A stretch of DNA of 64,000 nucleotides from Phoronis australis (taxonomy: Eukaryota > Animalia > Phoronida): contig NMRA01000334.1 in assembly GCA_002633005.1 (NCBI GenBank), positions 163,778 through 227,777 of the forward strand, in the 5' to 3' direction. Position 1 is the first letter of the stretch. The number at the start of each line of letters is the position of its first letter. Made by a program: the position numbers and the translations under genes. Below the pieces are notes generated by a model. That model saw nothing but the letters and a program-made list of their open reading frames with translations. It searched no databases and was not told the DNA's origin. This document shows, in pieces, positions 25,045-38,958 of the stretch.

Positions 25045-28000
25045 CAAATTTTGGCATCGTCTTTGGAACAAGTTCAGGGTCTAAATTAACACAAGCACAA
25101 CGACGAAAGCACATTTTGCTTCCAGATGTTGAAACGAGCAGTGTAGAAATGGTTGCTCGCAAACTGTTTCTGAAACACAGTGTGTAGAATGGAGTGTGTA
25201 AAACCCACAAAACACACGAATCTGAAAATGTAAGTGCATCTTTTGGGTTAATATGCGAGATCTGTGGAGGAGACCATTCTGCCACTGGAAGGGCAGCTGA
25301 ATTAAAAGCTACCGTGATTTTCTCTAGATAAGCCTATGGGTGTGTTTATGGAAAATCAAGTTTTCAGGTGTTTCAGTAACACCAAATAAAAACCCGGGTG
25401 TTTATTTCGAAAAGAGGTGAGTAAACAGAAGGTCATAGCCTCGACTGGTATGAAAATATCAGTGATTTTTTCCATAGAACTGTGCCTTTTAATTTTAAGT
25501 TAATTAATAGATAGCTTAGCAACTCTTTGTTCGTTTTTACAAATGATAAATGGTCCAAAAACTGAATTTGTGGCTAAAAGTTAACGCCGAGTGGGCTTTT
25601 TAGCTTTTTAGAGGAAATTCCCCGAAAGAACATCCCATGGTTCATTAACTGGACACTTGACACCAGAAGTTGGAAACCAAATAAATACCCACAGCATTTA
25701 CTCGGGATAATTTTCCAAATAAATGTCCATGGGCGTTTCATTGGGTGGGTGCTTATACACGGAAAATCCCGGTAATTGAAGATGAGAACTCATACCCTAT
25801 CGACATCGATTGAACGCATTTGACTGAAAAGCTATAGAACTCCATTGTTTTCTTATGACATTACAGGAGAGTAATCAACAAACTTCACAGGCAATTAAGA
25901 GCTTGATGATTATATCTTAATTAGTGCTAAATAATGGCAATGATATAGTGCAAAATTTTACCAAATAATAAATTTCAACCTTTTTGTAACATGAAATTGC
26001 CATCGACCAGCCTGCAAGAATTTGTTTAGCGTGCCTTTTCAAGACAAAACTTCATGGATTTGCTTCCGAGTAAAAAATATGACTTTGAGAATGGACGACT
26101 TGGAATTAACCATGGAGAACTTGGAATTCTAAACTCAAAACTGGAATAAAGTGGGTTGTGTCACGCATTCATATATACCGTATTGGATATGATGAACAGC
26201 AAGTTGATCATCTAGTTTCTATCAAACATGCAATAAATACAAATCCTTACAAGGGACCTATAAATAAGTCATCAATGTTCCTGTTAATACATTGTAAACA
26301 TTGCTAGCACGAAACCGATATCTATTCTGCACACAAAGCTTCCTTGAAATAATTTCCTCAGCCTCGAGGTGCCACACGACACTTTCATTATCGCAATGAT
26401 GGGCAAACAACACAGAAGTCATTCGAAGAAAAGTTTGCAGATAGTTTGATAGAGAAGCATTGATTTGTATCAAAACACCGCAATTGAGCAATTGTTGGTT
26501 GTTTGAATTTGTACCACAACGTGCAATTATGGCTTGAATATGTATGGCAGATTGGATGCATGCCAACATATTGACGGAGTCTAATGGATTGCTAAGCAGC
26601 AAGAAAGGGTTTTGTTTTTGTTGCGATTGTAATCGGCAGCAGGGAAATTAGCATCTTCTACACATATTTCTCATGGGGTTTAACTACGCACGTGACTTAC
26701 ACGATGTCCTTTTAGAACGCCGCTCTTTTTCTCCGTCAATACAAAAGATTCACTACAAATTTTAAATCCAGGATTCTCCCACAAGCATCTGGGATGTGTT
26801 GCTCAGATGCGCAGATTTTAATGCATGGCCAGCTTGTTTTGTGTAATGGAGCATTTCCAATTCAATTCTCAAAATAACTGGTTTACTGTATAGGTAATTG
26901 TTAGAAAAGGTAACTTTTATTGATAATTATCACTAGAAAGGGTACCTTTTTGTAACAGAACTGAACAAAAGTGTTTCAGTCGTTCTACTTGTGTATGATG
27001 AGTTAAAAGGCTCCAATCCATGTTGTTCATTTAAGTTTACTTTCATAATATACTTTTTGAAAGGTTTAGAATGCTGACCATGTTCTGGGAACTAAACACT
27101 ATGAAAAGGTGACTTTTTATATAGGCTCCCTAAAAATAGATCAATTTCAATTCACATCAATTTTAATCAAGATCAATAAACTCAGTCTATGAGAGGACGG
27201 GTTGTAAAATTTCCTGTCAAACCAACAAAAATTAACCACCACATTGGCCACAAACGTACCCAAATTGGAGGGCATACTTCTATTTTATAAATTTTGCTCA
27301 CTCTAAAGATTAGTTGGTGAACCCAGACAACAATGAAAACCAATTTCGTTCAAGCATCATCCAACAATAACTTTGTGGGCACAGTAAATACAGGTTTAAT
27401 CTTTGCATTAGCAAGTTGTCCCCAAACTAACTGCTTTATTAGGTTTCAAATGCAATTCTCAATACATTTAAGACAATGTCTATTTAATATTTCCCAACCT
27501 AATTGATTTAGTTAAGTGTTAGCTACCAACTGCCAACTGTTTAAGTTAAAATCTGTAGTAAGGGACAATGCATGCCTGAGGTTACGTAATACTGAGAGCA
27601 AATATTTGTTTTGAACAATATAGTATGTTTGCTATGAACACAGGTTTAAGAATTATTAATTTAACACCAACTGAAAGACATGAAAATTAAATATGCCCTT
27701 GTTTTTGTATGGATGATGTTATTAGTTGAAGTTGCTGCACAGAGTATTTTCATAAATGAAAGATTTAACCCACATTTCTTCGCTGAATCTATTTTCTTTT
27801 CCGTTCACTAACCTCGGCACGTGACCGTATTTTGGATTATTGTATAGACACTGCACGGCTGTCAAGTGCATGAGACAGAAAAAAGACAGACCAGGTAGTC
27901 CTAAACAAATGCACTCCATCTCTCATATCAAATTATGTCAATTTCACTGAGTTCAATATCCAAACTAATTTCCAATCGAAAGAAATCTGCAAACCGAGTC

Positions 28001-31000
28001 GTTCCCTGTAACGAACCCTGAACCTAGATGCAAACAAATTTAAATGAGCAATCGAAGACAATTGGCTGACGAATGGCTATGGTTTCCTTTGATTATTGAC
28101 AGTTGAATTTACAGCTTAATCAACTATGAATAAGCATTCATTAGGCCAGTTTAGACATTATTGGCTAAAGTGCTTGCAAAACACTGCTACTCTTTTCACC
28201 ATGAAAACTACAGGAAATTGACGGTGGAGCAAGATTAACAGACCCTACACCAGCCGTATGTGCCAGATTAAGGGCTTTGAAACTGAAGTACGTAAGTCTT
28301 TGCACATGTACCAGTTAATGAAATACAGAGTTGTAATTAAGATGCAATTACAGTTGAGCCGAAGACGATCATTGCATGTCTTAGAAAATTGGTTGACTGT
28401 CGCTGTCAAAAGTAAAAAGGTTTGTTGTAACAACTGGTTTTTTCAGGCAAGGGTCAAAATTGATTGAATAGCTTAACATAATTTCAGTAAATTAAGTTAA
28501 AATCGTAAAATTAATGCATTTACATAAGACTATGGATTGAATTTCGGAAAGGTACAACTCCGGGGNGGAGCGTACTCAAGTATACTTTTTAACGGTAGGG
28601 GTATGCAACAACTGTAGTGGCTACCTCAACAAAGAAGCCACCCTTTTGAAAAGCCACCTTTTCGAATTTTAATTTATTCCAGAAACAATGTTTTTGTTGG
28701 GGTTAATTTCATCACCTGCAACAGTACATGAAAAGATGTCACCCCGCACCTGCAGATGTGAGTAATTGGAAAAGTAGTTTTTTGTAGAGTTTCAAACTCG
28801 TAAAACGAACCCTTTTAGAAAATTTTGTCAGAGAAGGCATTCTTTCACAGGGAATTTTGTCGGAGTCACCTTTTAGTAGGGGACCTGGTTGTGAAAAGCC
28901 ACCCACACACCCTGTTCCAAAAAGTATGTCATTTACCGTACATTCACTTGCAATGGAGTAGGATATAATCTCATTGCATTTGCATAAAAATTATCGCTAA
29001 AATTTTCTTTTTCTGTTTTTTATGTGCTTCTGACATTGTTCTCAATGCTCACAGTGAGTTATTCAAAATATCGTTTGATGGTAGATGTGATACAAAAACT
29101 TGAACACGGCTACGCATGCGTTAATTTGGTGCAACATATCCTTCATCGAAAAATGAGAAAATAATATTTCGCTTGTCTGCCATATTGTGTCCTAAATTGG
29201 TCAGATCTTAATGTAGTCCTTCTGTAAAATAAAATTCTTCAACGAAAAACAAAATATCTATGAAACTTGAACTGTACCTTTTGAGGAACAACTAAAGGAA
29301 CAGGAGATAGGAATTCAGAAACATATAATTAAAATCATAAAGCTCTTTCATACCAACATTGACGCGTCCATGTTTTGGAGAGTTGCACTCAGTATGAACG
29401 GTTAACTTCGGTCCTGGATCGAAGATAACAGCCCCATTTAACTTTGCAGTAAACATGTGGATTTATCAGGGGGGCGTTAAATGCTGTGGCGTGAACAGCC
29501 AAGTTTGGATTCTTCGAAGTTATCACCAGGGGGCAGGAGCTGCTGTTATCGTCAACAATTAAAGGGCAGTGTTGTCACTAATAGCTTATATTTTGCTCAA
29601 ATAATCACCAATGGAATTAGAAATAAGTTTTATGTCAATTAGCACATATAAATGTTCTCAAATTGTCACATTAAAAAATCTTTGCATGAATGAGATGCAC
29701 CAGCAACACCTTGCGATTACTTCGATAACAATAATGTCACCCACCGATGACTTCAATGCGGTTTAAACTACCAAAGCTGGTATAAACGATTCAATTAACT
29801 GCGCAGATTACGTCAATGAAAGGACCAATGCAGAGAAAAACTAATGCTTTCTGTGAAGTCAATTCAACCCTTTGCATCATATTTGCTGAGAGAGCATGAA
29901 GTAAAATGCAAGGAACGAGTAAGTCATTCACTCACATGAAGACAAAAGTAATGTAAAACAAAGATGACAAGCATCTTCAAAAAGACATGATCATCGCCGA
30001 CTCTCTTATCTTCTAATCAAGGAAATGGACAGAACTCGTACCATGATTTCTCAAGTGCTGTCTGTTCCTTAAAACTAATCGTTAGCAGCAGAGTCATGTC
30101 AACTTCCATTATACAGATCATGCCAATGGATCTTAAGAGCTAATATATGTGACTAACACCCTACTAGATAACAGTTTTGCTATATTCTGTGTCATTAAAA
30201 TGTGCAAAATCTTTTACAAATTTAAAGCTGATTATCTTGGTAAAAATAATGAAAATTACTACATGTTGTTTTATATAATAAGTGGTGAAATCTGACCAAT
30301 TTCTGACAAAATTGTCTAAACTGACGTTTTTTCAGGCGTCTAACATGGATGAGAATGTCTACAATTCTTCAGATCATTGTTTGATGGTTAAGTCACGTGA
30401 GGGGTCATTTCTTTAGGGTTATTTATATTTTAAAGACTGGAAATGACTGTAACCTTGGCAAAATTCTAATTACAAACTTTCATTCTCCGTCATGAGAGAA
30501 GAGTGCTTAGCTTCCCCTCTGAGCCATCATGGGAGGGAATTACTTGAGAAAATTGTCAAAATTTGGCTTGATTGGTTTCATTTGAAATCCTATGGTCTTA
30601 ATTGATTTGTACAACTCGTACCAAACCAATGTTTTACGAATTTCTTTTAAAATGAAAGTCAATCGTTTTTCTTCTTTCAAAGTTTTTGTTAAAAGTATTT
30701 CATATGAAACACATCTTTTTCAAGACATTTGGTGAACGTTGTTTGGAAATAGCATTTTTAAATATTGGTTTGCACCGGGCGTGATCGATTGTTACAACAT
30801 AATTGCTAAATTACATGAGCTTAGCAGATGAACGCTGACAATGAGAGAGCAGGATTATGTAAATATTGGTTTCCCAAATTTCTGGCCTTGCTATGGCTGT
30901 CAAACTGATAACTACACTTCTGTATCTGCACTAGCTAATCAGTGATATCAGGATAATCAAGCGCGGGTGCATTATTATATTTCATCTTGAAAATTTATAA

Positions 31001-33637
31001 CACTTGATTTTGTTTGTAATACTGCTGTTTTCATATAATTGTGCCTTTCTTTTTTTTACATTTCACTAAGGCATGGCCACATGCCTCAATCCACACACAC
31101 TTATCCACAAGGCCCTACATTATCTTAAAATTAGATCTAGGGCTGTCATAATAATGACTCGCTTCAAACTCGATTCTTAAAGCAAGATGCTTTACTTTCC
31201 ACTGAGGAACAGCCTGAACATCCCCATACACAGGTTAAACACCCCAGTGTTTGTAAATCATAGGATATTTAGCTGTAACTGCTATGTGTTTTTATCCTTA
31301 GGCCCCTATCAATTGTAAATCTCTCTTGTTCATGTTGTTCACGCCCCTAGGCCAATCTAAAGAATGAGGGAGTAACAATTATCACTATCAATGATTTAGT
31401 ATCATGGGGAGATAATCACTAACTAAGCGCTCCTGAACAACATCCATCATGGTTTCGAACTATAAATAATTCAACAGCCCACTACAGAAAATTGCTGGAA
31501 TCTTTTGTGCTGAATTGCTAGTGTATGTAGATGGCACTTGCATTGATTAGTAAATCGCAGTACAGCTCGTTACATTTCTACTATGAGAAATTAATCATTT
31601 TTTAAGAAATTTGCGATCATGCAGGTAATTTTGAAACAAAGAGAAGTTTTGGCCATGACAACACAATGACTGTAAAAGTTGCAAAAAGCAAATTGTTATT
31701 AGTAAATGAAAATTAGCAGTGTCCAAAATAATGGAAAATTTACCCCGTAAATGGTTCATTCCAAAAAAATGAGAAAATTACTTGCGCAGACCGAAGTTTC
31801 ACAGTCCCTGTATATGACAACGGTCATTTTACCACAATATGGATCCAGCAGTGTGTCAATGTACACAAAGAGAAAATGACTTTTAGATGTAAACTGTAAT
31901 ATTGAATAACATAGATTTTCCTCAAAATCAAACAAAAGCAATGGCCAAAATTGCATTTTTTGACTTTTCAGACGCTTGCTGTTGTAATGCTAAAAATGAT
32001 CAAAATTTTATCGTGTGTTCTTAATGACAGCCTTACTACCGTAATAAAGTTTTCAAATTATCAAGTAAAATTGTCCTCTTATTTACTCTGGTTTGAAATT
32101 TTGATAAAATAAAATTTTACCGTTCTGCCATATTGCATTCTAATCTAAAGAAACTTTACCCAAACAATAGAAGAAATGGCATTTTAATGTTGTGTAGGAC
32201 TTGGTCAACAAGTCTGCGCCTTTAGCCAAATATATTATTGACAGAATTTACGCAACTCGCAGGGATCTCTCTCACCTGAAGGGAAAGATACCTGAGCCTT
32301 TTGGAAAGGTTCTGAGTTTCTGAAAGCTCCTCACGCAAAAATGGAACATATAAAAACATTTCCTAATATTGTTATGAAAGTTTCATATGACATCTATCAA
32401 CCATCCATGAACATGTTCCAAAATTATCCAAATTTGTAATTTTTCTAAGGTCCTACATGATCTCAAAGTCGGCAGATTTCAGGAAGCACCAACTGGTCAG
32501 ACCTCTCTTGACAGGGTTATGACAAGCACACCCCTTGCGAAACGCTAAATCCAGCACTGAGCAATTACAAAGCTGATGGCACATCACAATTAAGGATGCA
32601 TGCGGGTAAAATCGTTAGCTTAGGTTAGCTGGTGTCTTCAGTTCTATGAATTATTATTCCTATTAGACAGCCTGCCAGAGACAATCAATACCTATTCTCA
32701 AAAACTCATAGGGGAATTGTACTCATCTAGCAAGAATCTGTCAATGACACATTGCCAACAGAAAAACAGACGACATTTAAAGGATAGTCAAATCTACATA
32801 ATAGTTTATACGCTAAAGTCTCAATAGTTTTGGAGAAAAACAATTGCGAAAATTGTAATTTTTAAAATTTTCAAGGGCTTCTAACATGGCTGTGGATGGC
32901 CACAAATATATTGTCTGACAGTAGTTGTGCTACATAATTTGAGCATTAGTAAAGCATAAATTTGGTGTTATGTAAAATTATGGAAAAATAAGAAAATCAA
33001 ATTTCACATGTCCACCATAATGTGTCCATAATTGATGAGATTTTACGCATAAAAAATCAATCTTAAAATTCAATAATTTCAAATTATTTCCAGGTTGCAT
33101 CGACAACGAAGAACAAATGGTAAAAAGAGAGAACAACAAGATTTTAATCTGGCCAGAAAACATGCCAGTCAGCATTTACAGGTCAAGACACAGATTATTA
33201 GCCATGATGCATTTTATCAGCCACAATTGACAAGAACGCATCCATAAACACGTAAATCGACTGGATTTTGCAAGACAAATGGACATCAGCTATTCTATTT
33301 CATCAATTTCCTCACTCTTCCTCATTACTCTTCGGAACGAACTGCAAAGATATTAAAGGAGTTTACCGGAGCTGCAGGGCATGTTCATTTAGACTCTCCA
33401 AGGAGTACACAGCGCAGTGGTGACAGAAAATCCGAACACTTTCAATTAATTAAAATAAATTATTCATTACAAGGAAGCAGCTGGAGAATTGAAAACTCAG
33501 TTCAAAAGGATGCATGGTACAACTCAGTGCTGCAACAAGGAATGCGACGAACATGAAAGCAGTCTTTGGAAATAGTCAACGAAAATGAACGAGACGGTAA
33601 CAAATTTGAGTGAGATATTTCACAAGGTATTATTGCG

Positions 33638-35755
33638 ATGAGAAATTGTTACAGGGGAATCATTACCATGGATTACGCATTGGTTGTTGTAGTGACTCTG
33701 CTGTCTTTGGAAAAGAGCAAAACATTTGGTGATCAGTGGACAAGTTCGTGCCCAGATATATGTCTTTGTGCCGTGAGGCTGTCACAACAATTGAGCATTG
33801 AGACAAACACAGTCAATTGTAGTCAATCCAACTTGGCAAGCAAACTCCCAAAAATTCCAGCAGATGCGGAAACGTTAAACGTTCAGGGCAGCAACATAAC
33901 TGAGATTCATAATGCTATTCCCTGCCTGGTAAAGCTGAAAGAGATTAATCTATCATACAACAGAATCAAACATGTCGGACATTTTCCCATTTTTGAAAAT
34001 CTGACCCAACTCCAGTACTTAAACTTGGATCATAACCAAATCAGTACACTCTTCCACGGAACCTTTAGCGGCCTGAGAAGATTGGACTCGTTGATATTGT
34101 CAAACAATCAAATCTTCAGCATTGAAAGACACTCGTTCGGGGGACTGACTCACCTACAGACATTAGACCTTAGCGGTAATAAACTTACAAATCTTCACCA
34201 GCAATGGTTCGATGGGATTCCGCATTTACGCACGCTGCTATTACACCATAACAAACTATCAGCCATTCCAGATTTCGTGTTCCGCCCATTGAGTGTGCTT
34301 GCAACATTATCGCTGTCTAGTAATAATCTCAGACGATTGCAAGTTGCTGACTTCCAAGGAATAGAAAATCTCCAGTCACTGTTTCTTGATAACGTCGAAC
34401 TATCAGAGCTTCCGCACAGCGTTCTTGATCTATTTAGAGACTTGCGTGTGCTCTCGCTAAGTGGAAACAAGTTTCCGAAAATCAGTGAAAACCAATTCAG
34501 TCGCTTGCCACTAAGAGAGCTAACGCTTACAAATCTTCCATTATTGAAATTTGTAGATCAGAAAGCATTCCACGACTTGCCACATCTGCGTATATTGCAA
34601 CTCAACGACAATCCAAGGCTTAGATATATAGACAGCTACGCCTTTGATGACGTTCCGATGTTGACCAAACTGCTGGTACATAACAATAATCTCGCCACCC
34701 TTCCGCACACTTTAGTAACAGGAATCCCCAGCCTATCCGAAATCACGTTCTACCACAACGCATTACAGTGCGACTGCAACTCGTTCTGGATTCGTGAGAC
34801 CATGACGACGAATGAGACGCTAGTAAAGCAGTTAACCTTTTCTCAAGCTGAAAAGTATGTGTGTGAACGACCAAAAGCCAAGAGAGGGATGTTACTACAT
34901 GGAATATCGTTGACAAAACTTCCAAAAACTTGCCCGTCAACGACGATAGAATTCTTCCAGCAAGAAATCACCGTCGAAGTTGGAGATAAGCTTAGGCTAG
35001 ACTGCCGTGGAATAGGAGTGCCACAACCATACATTTATTGGGAACGACCAGGTGGCGCTGTGTTCAATGCAACATCAAGAGGAGACCAATATCAAGTCCT
35101 GCCCAGCGGGTCACTCATTCTTGATCCCGTTAAGTTGACCGATGGTGGACAATATACATGTGTCACCAAAAACAATATCGGAAGTCCCGACAAAAAAACA
35201 ACAATGCTAAAAGTGAGAAAAAAGAATATCCACGTGATCCCGCAAGGGATAGGCACAAATTTCATTACAGTAACGTGGAACGGTACAAGCATTCCTCCGC
35301 CGTCCACTAACTATCAGATATTGTACAAGCAAGAGGATTCGGAAGAGAAATTTTATCGGATACATATCTCACCTCCCTTAAGGAAATACACCATCAACAA
35401 GCTGACCCCGAGCACAAACTATAGATTCTGCATCGCTTTTGAGCACTTTGTGCAGGTGCTTCAGATAAGCTGCGTCACCATCAAGACGCGGGATCAGGCG
35501 TTTGAGGAAAACGGAATAACCATTTACGACATGACGACAGTGACGGTGCTGACTGTACTGCTCGCTGCAATGTTTCTCATCTGCATCGCCATATTTGTCG
35601 TAAAACGCGTGAAGCGACGGAAATCGTACAAGCGCAATGGACACCGCCCGACTTACGACGTGGCCGGTATGTCGCAGATTCCGCTGGATAATTTGTACAA
35701 TCCACAGAGTACGCCACTCATAGGAACGTCAGCAAAACAAGCCTTGTTGGCATAG
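33638..35755 (+). CDS. LRRN: Leucine-rich repeat neuronal protein (LRRN1/2/3 family pro-orthologue): signal peptide, LRRNT, LRR array, LRRCT, Ig, FN3, TM, short tail; single coding exon
   Basis: CPDICLC...TVNC N-cap, LxxLxLxxNxI repeats, NALQCDCNSFWI C-cap, Ig (LDCRGIGVPQPYIYW...DGGQYTC), FN3 (ITVTW...LTPSTNYRFCI), TM VLTVLLAAMFLICIAIFVV. Tail IPLDNLYNP resembles vertebrate IPLNELYPP. The likely true start is the second ATG at 33668 (accATGg). Confidence 0.93.
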   Translation: MRNCYRGIITMDYALVVVVTLLSLEKSKTFGDQWTSSCPDICLCAVRLSQQLSIETNTVNCSQSNLASKLPKIPADAETLNVQGSNITEIHNAIPCLVKLKEINLSYNRIKHVGHFPIFENLTQLQYLNLDHNQISTLFHGTFSGLRRLDSLILSNNQIFSIERHSFGGLTHLQTLDLSGNKLTNLHQQWFDGIPHLRTLLLHHNKLSAIPDFVFRPLSVLATLSLSSNNLRRLQVADFQGIENLQSLFLDNVELSELPHSVLDLFRDLRVLSLSGNKFPKISENQFSRLPLRELTLTNLPLLKFVDQKAFHDLPHLRILQLNDNPRLRYIDSYAFDDVPMLTKLLVHNNNLATLPHTLVTGIPSLSEITFYHNALQCDCNSFWIRETMTTNETLVKQLTFSQAEKYVCERPKAKRGMLLHGISLTKLPKTCPSTTIEFFQQEITVEVGDKLRLDCRGIGVPQPYIYWERPGGAVFNATSRGDQYQVLPSGSLILDPVKLTDGGQYTCVTKNNIGSPDKKTTMLKVRKKNIHVIPQGIGTNFITVTWNGTSIPPPSTNYQILYKQEDSEEKFYRIHISPPLRKYTINKLTPSTNYRFCIAFEHFVQVLQISCVTIKTRDQAFEENGITIYDMTTVTVLTVLLAAMFLICIAIFVVKRVKRRKSYKRNGHRPTYDVAGMSQIPLDNLYNPQSTPLIGTSAKQALLA

Positions 35756-38700
35756 TCATTGGGCGAGAATAACTCCCGTCTTGAAAATGTCAAAAATGTA
35801 GATTATAATATAACAAAGCAGAGTCAATGTGTCAATGGTACGGCCTCAAGTCATTGTGAAATCTCACCAATTTATCGTTGTGAAATCTCACCAATTTATC
35901 GTTGAAATCACCATTTCTCTTTTTTCAAAGGCTTCTAACATGGCTGTGATGGCATAAACGAGAAAAGAACTTTTCATTTCAACTCATTGCATATTTTGCC
36001 CTTAAAGGATGAGATTTACATGTTATTTGGATAGCGATCTTCCATTGACTTTTTGTAGTAGTGGGAAAGAGAAATTCTTTAGTTCGTCATTGCTAGCATA
36101 CGTAACAGGAGGCAGGTTTTGCTAAGTCAAAAAAAGACACAAGTGTGCTTCCAACTCGAGAGTTCAAATTTGACCTACAAAATCATGCGCACAAATTCTC
36201 CAGGGAAGCAGAAGATATGTTACATTGGCTGGGATGGCACCAGCAGAAAACTTGCATGATTGAGTTCAAAGCAACTTCTCCAAACGCAGTAGTTTGGGTT
36301 AAAAGCTGGTTTTTCTTGTCATTAGACGTCAGAAAGAACTTCAACTACGACAAAAATTCTTCAATTTGAAACAGTAATCGGACAGAGCCTTGCCCCAAAT
36401 TCTAGAGATAGGCAACCGGTAATTACCCACTCTGTAGACTGAAAACAAAATGCCCAAAATTTAAGAAATATGGCAAACGCCAAAATCACCCTTGTCCCAA
36501 ATTGCAGAATCAAGAAAATTCAATTTTGGCATGCGTGTCCCAAATTCTAGAGACGGTTCCAAATTGGAGAGTTTTTACTGTACTTTGCACAACCAGGGGA
36601 CACGTGTGCAGCAGAAAATTTTAGCCTGTCGAAGTAAGAGATGTGCAGTTGCAATAACGCACTCAAATTTGAACACTGTGAGCTCCTATTAGCCAATCAG
36701 TGATTGTGCTTTACGGATGAAAATTTTCTTAGATACAGGGAACTCTGATAAGTAAAACACATGATGCTAAATATGTTGCATATGTTGTGTGCAAATCAAA
36801 TAGAATTCAAAGACTGAGATCACTTTTTGCGAGAACACAAAATGGGCCATCATTGAGTAATTGACGAAATGGTGTCACTGTCTGTAGTAAGTATCATATA
36901 CCCTAACATAATTACGCAACGAGATATTACGTTAGGCTGTTGAAGTAGCAGACAATATTCCTTGTTCAGAATGACATCATTTTGACATTTTAAACGCAGA
37001 CAAATAAAATTATATGCCAACATTTAAAGTGCTAAATTGTCCCCTTGGTTACGTGAATCGGGAAAGTAAAACCTGCAAAATTTTTGAAAATGTGTCTGCA
37101 TTTCTATTCCTATTCGTGGCTCCAAATCACGTCTCAGTAGTGGCTGACACATCATCACTAAATATCCAGGCAGGCCCACAGTGGTCACGAATGACTGGAG
37201 TTGTAACAAGCAGCCGTCTGTTAAATAAGTGAGTGTTTTTGATGTTTTTTACTGGATCCTAACACGCCAATTGGCAGGTCAAGTCGAACTGTGTTCCAGG
37301 CAGAATGGTCACGTGACACAGCCACCCGAAAAAAGGGAAGCTTTTGCTGCAACTCGAGGTTGAATCCTGTAGGCATCCTTGATATTTGCCATTTTTGACA
37401 CATTCTGAGAGGAGTGCGTGCATTCCAACATAGATTGTTCGAGGGATTATTTAGGATTTCTTTCTGACAGCACTTCATGTCTCGAATACAGTACACTGCA
37501 GATAGGATGTTAAAATTGCAGCTATAAGCCTGTCTCCTGTCACAAAAAACAACTTTTTAGACTACTTAACATAATTTCATGAAATTGGCCTTGAATTATT
37601 CCTTTACCAAAATTGATGCGATTTATGGGCTTGGAAAAAACAACAAAGGCTTGTCACAGCTTGAGACCAAGCAGAACAAGTTGACTTGTGACGGCGTGTC
37701 ACATAATTCACAAAGCGTGGTCTTTAGCTGAAACTAACTGTCAATTCTTCTAAGACCAATAATTATTTCCATTCTGGCTAAGGAACAATCAAGGCCAATT
37801 TTATAGCCATCAGGGGTCTAAATGAAAAGTCATTTTTTTCGATGGAATGCGCTTTAAACAAAAAGTCGATCATAACGAGGTGTTTGCCAAAACAATAGTA
37901 TAAACCACTCATTGTTATCTGCTCGAGGTTAAGTCTTTGTTGTACCAGAACAGGAATGGATTACAAGACCCAGTCACAGTGGTGACATAATTGTTTGTGT
38001 CCTTTGCAATGTGGGAACACAAACAAATATTTGGTCAGGTAAATGTAGGCAAGCAAGAGTATTTTCCTGTTGGAATTAAGTCATTCAAATAGAACAAAAA
38101 CACAATGTTTCTCATATTAGCTATTTGTTGTAAAATAATAAATGATAAATAAATGTTTTATATCAGCCCTGATACTACACTATCATTTTTTGCGTTCAAA
38201 TGGTTACAGCCAGAATCCTGCTTAAATGATGTAAAATTAGACATTTCTGTACAAACGACAAAAATGAATTCTTGACGGTGTTCGTGGTGAAAACATAGCA
38301 ACATACATGATCATGGAACCTTTTCGGGTAAAAAGCAAGAAACGAGGTCACTAAAATTTGAATTCTGATAGTTTTACTTCGTTTTCCCCTTTCAAAGAAA
38401 TTTTACAAAAACAAAAACAATTCACGCCAAATTATTTACATGTCATACCTCAGAGGGCAGTTGTCAACAAAACCACCTTGAGGTCAATCAAAAGAGCCAC
38501 CTATTGAGCTGAGCGCACACTATTTCTCAGCCCAAACAACCAAGTTCATATGCCAACAATAGGCTATTTCGAGCATTAATCTGCTCTCAGGAGCACAAAA
38601 ATACTTAAGTATATACTGAATACCAATTACGTATTAGTCAAACATTGTAAATCCTGTACGTGGTGATTTTCTCGGTCCGAATAGTATGGCAAATTCGCAC

Positions 38701-38958
38701 AAATTCGTAACAGTTGGCAGCCATGTCTGACCAATCTGAGCATCAATTTTGAGCATGGAGCCCAACAATAAGAGGAGGCATCAACCCTGCAACTGATGGC
38801 CACAACTGAAAATCTGACAAAACCCAAAATGCTGTGATATGTATCTCCACACCCTCCATCCAAAACTGGGTCACGAACCGATTCACTGCGTACTCAGACA
38901 ATACTGTCATATTGAGTGGCATCAAGGAACTAAATATAAAAACTAAACAAATACTCAC

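Noticed and set aside
32870-35953. ~30-bp direct repeats (tttcaa.ggcttctaacatggctgtg.atggc) flanking the LRRN ORF as a sign of mobilisation
   Set aside because: A related word also occurs near 30330, so it looks like a dispersed repeat relic. The apparent deep conservation of the nesting argues against a recent insertion.
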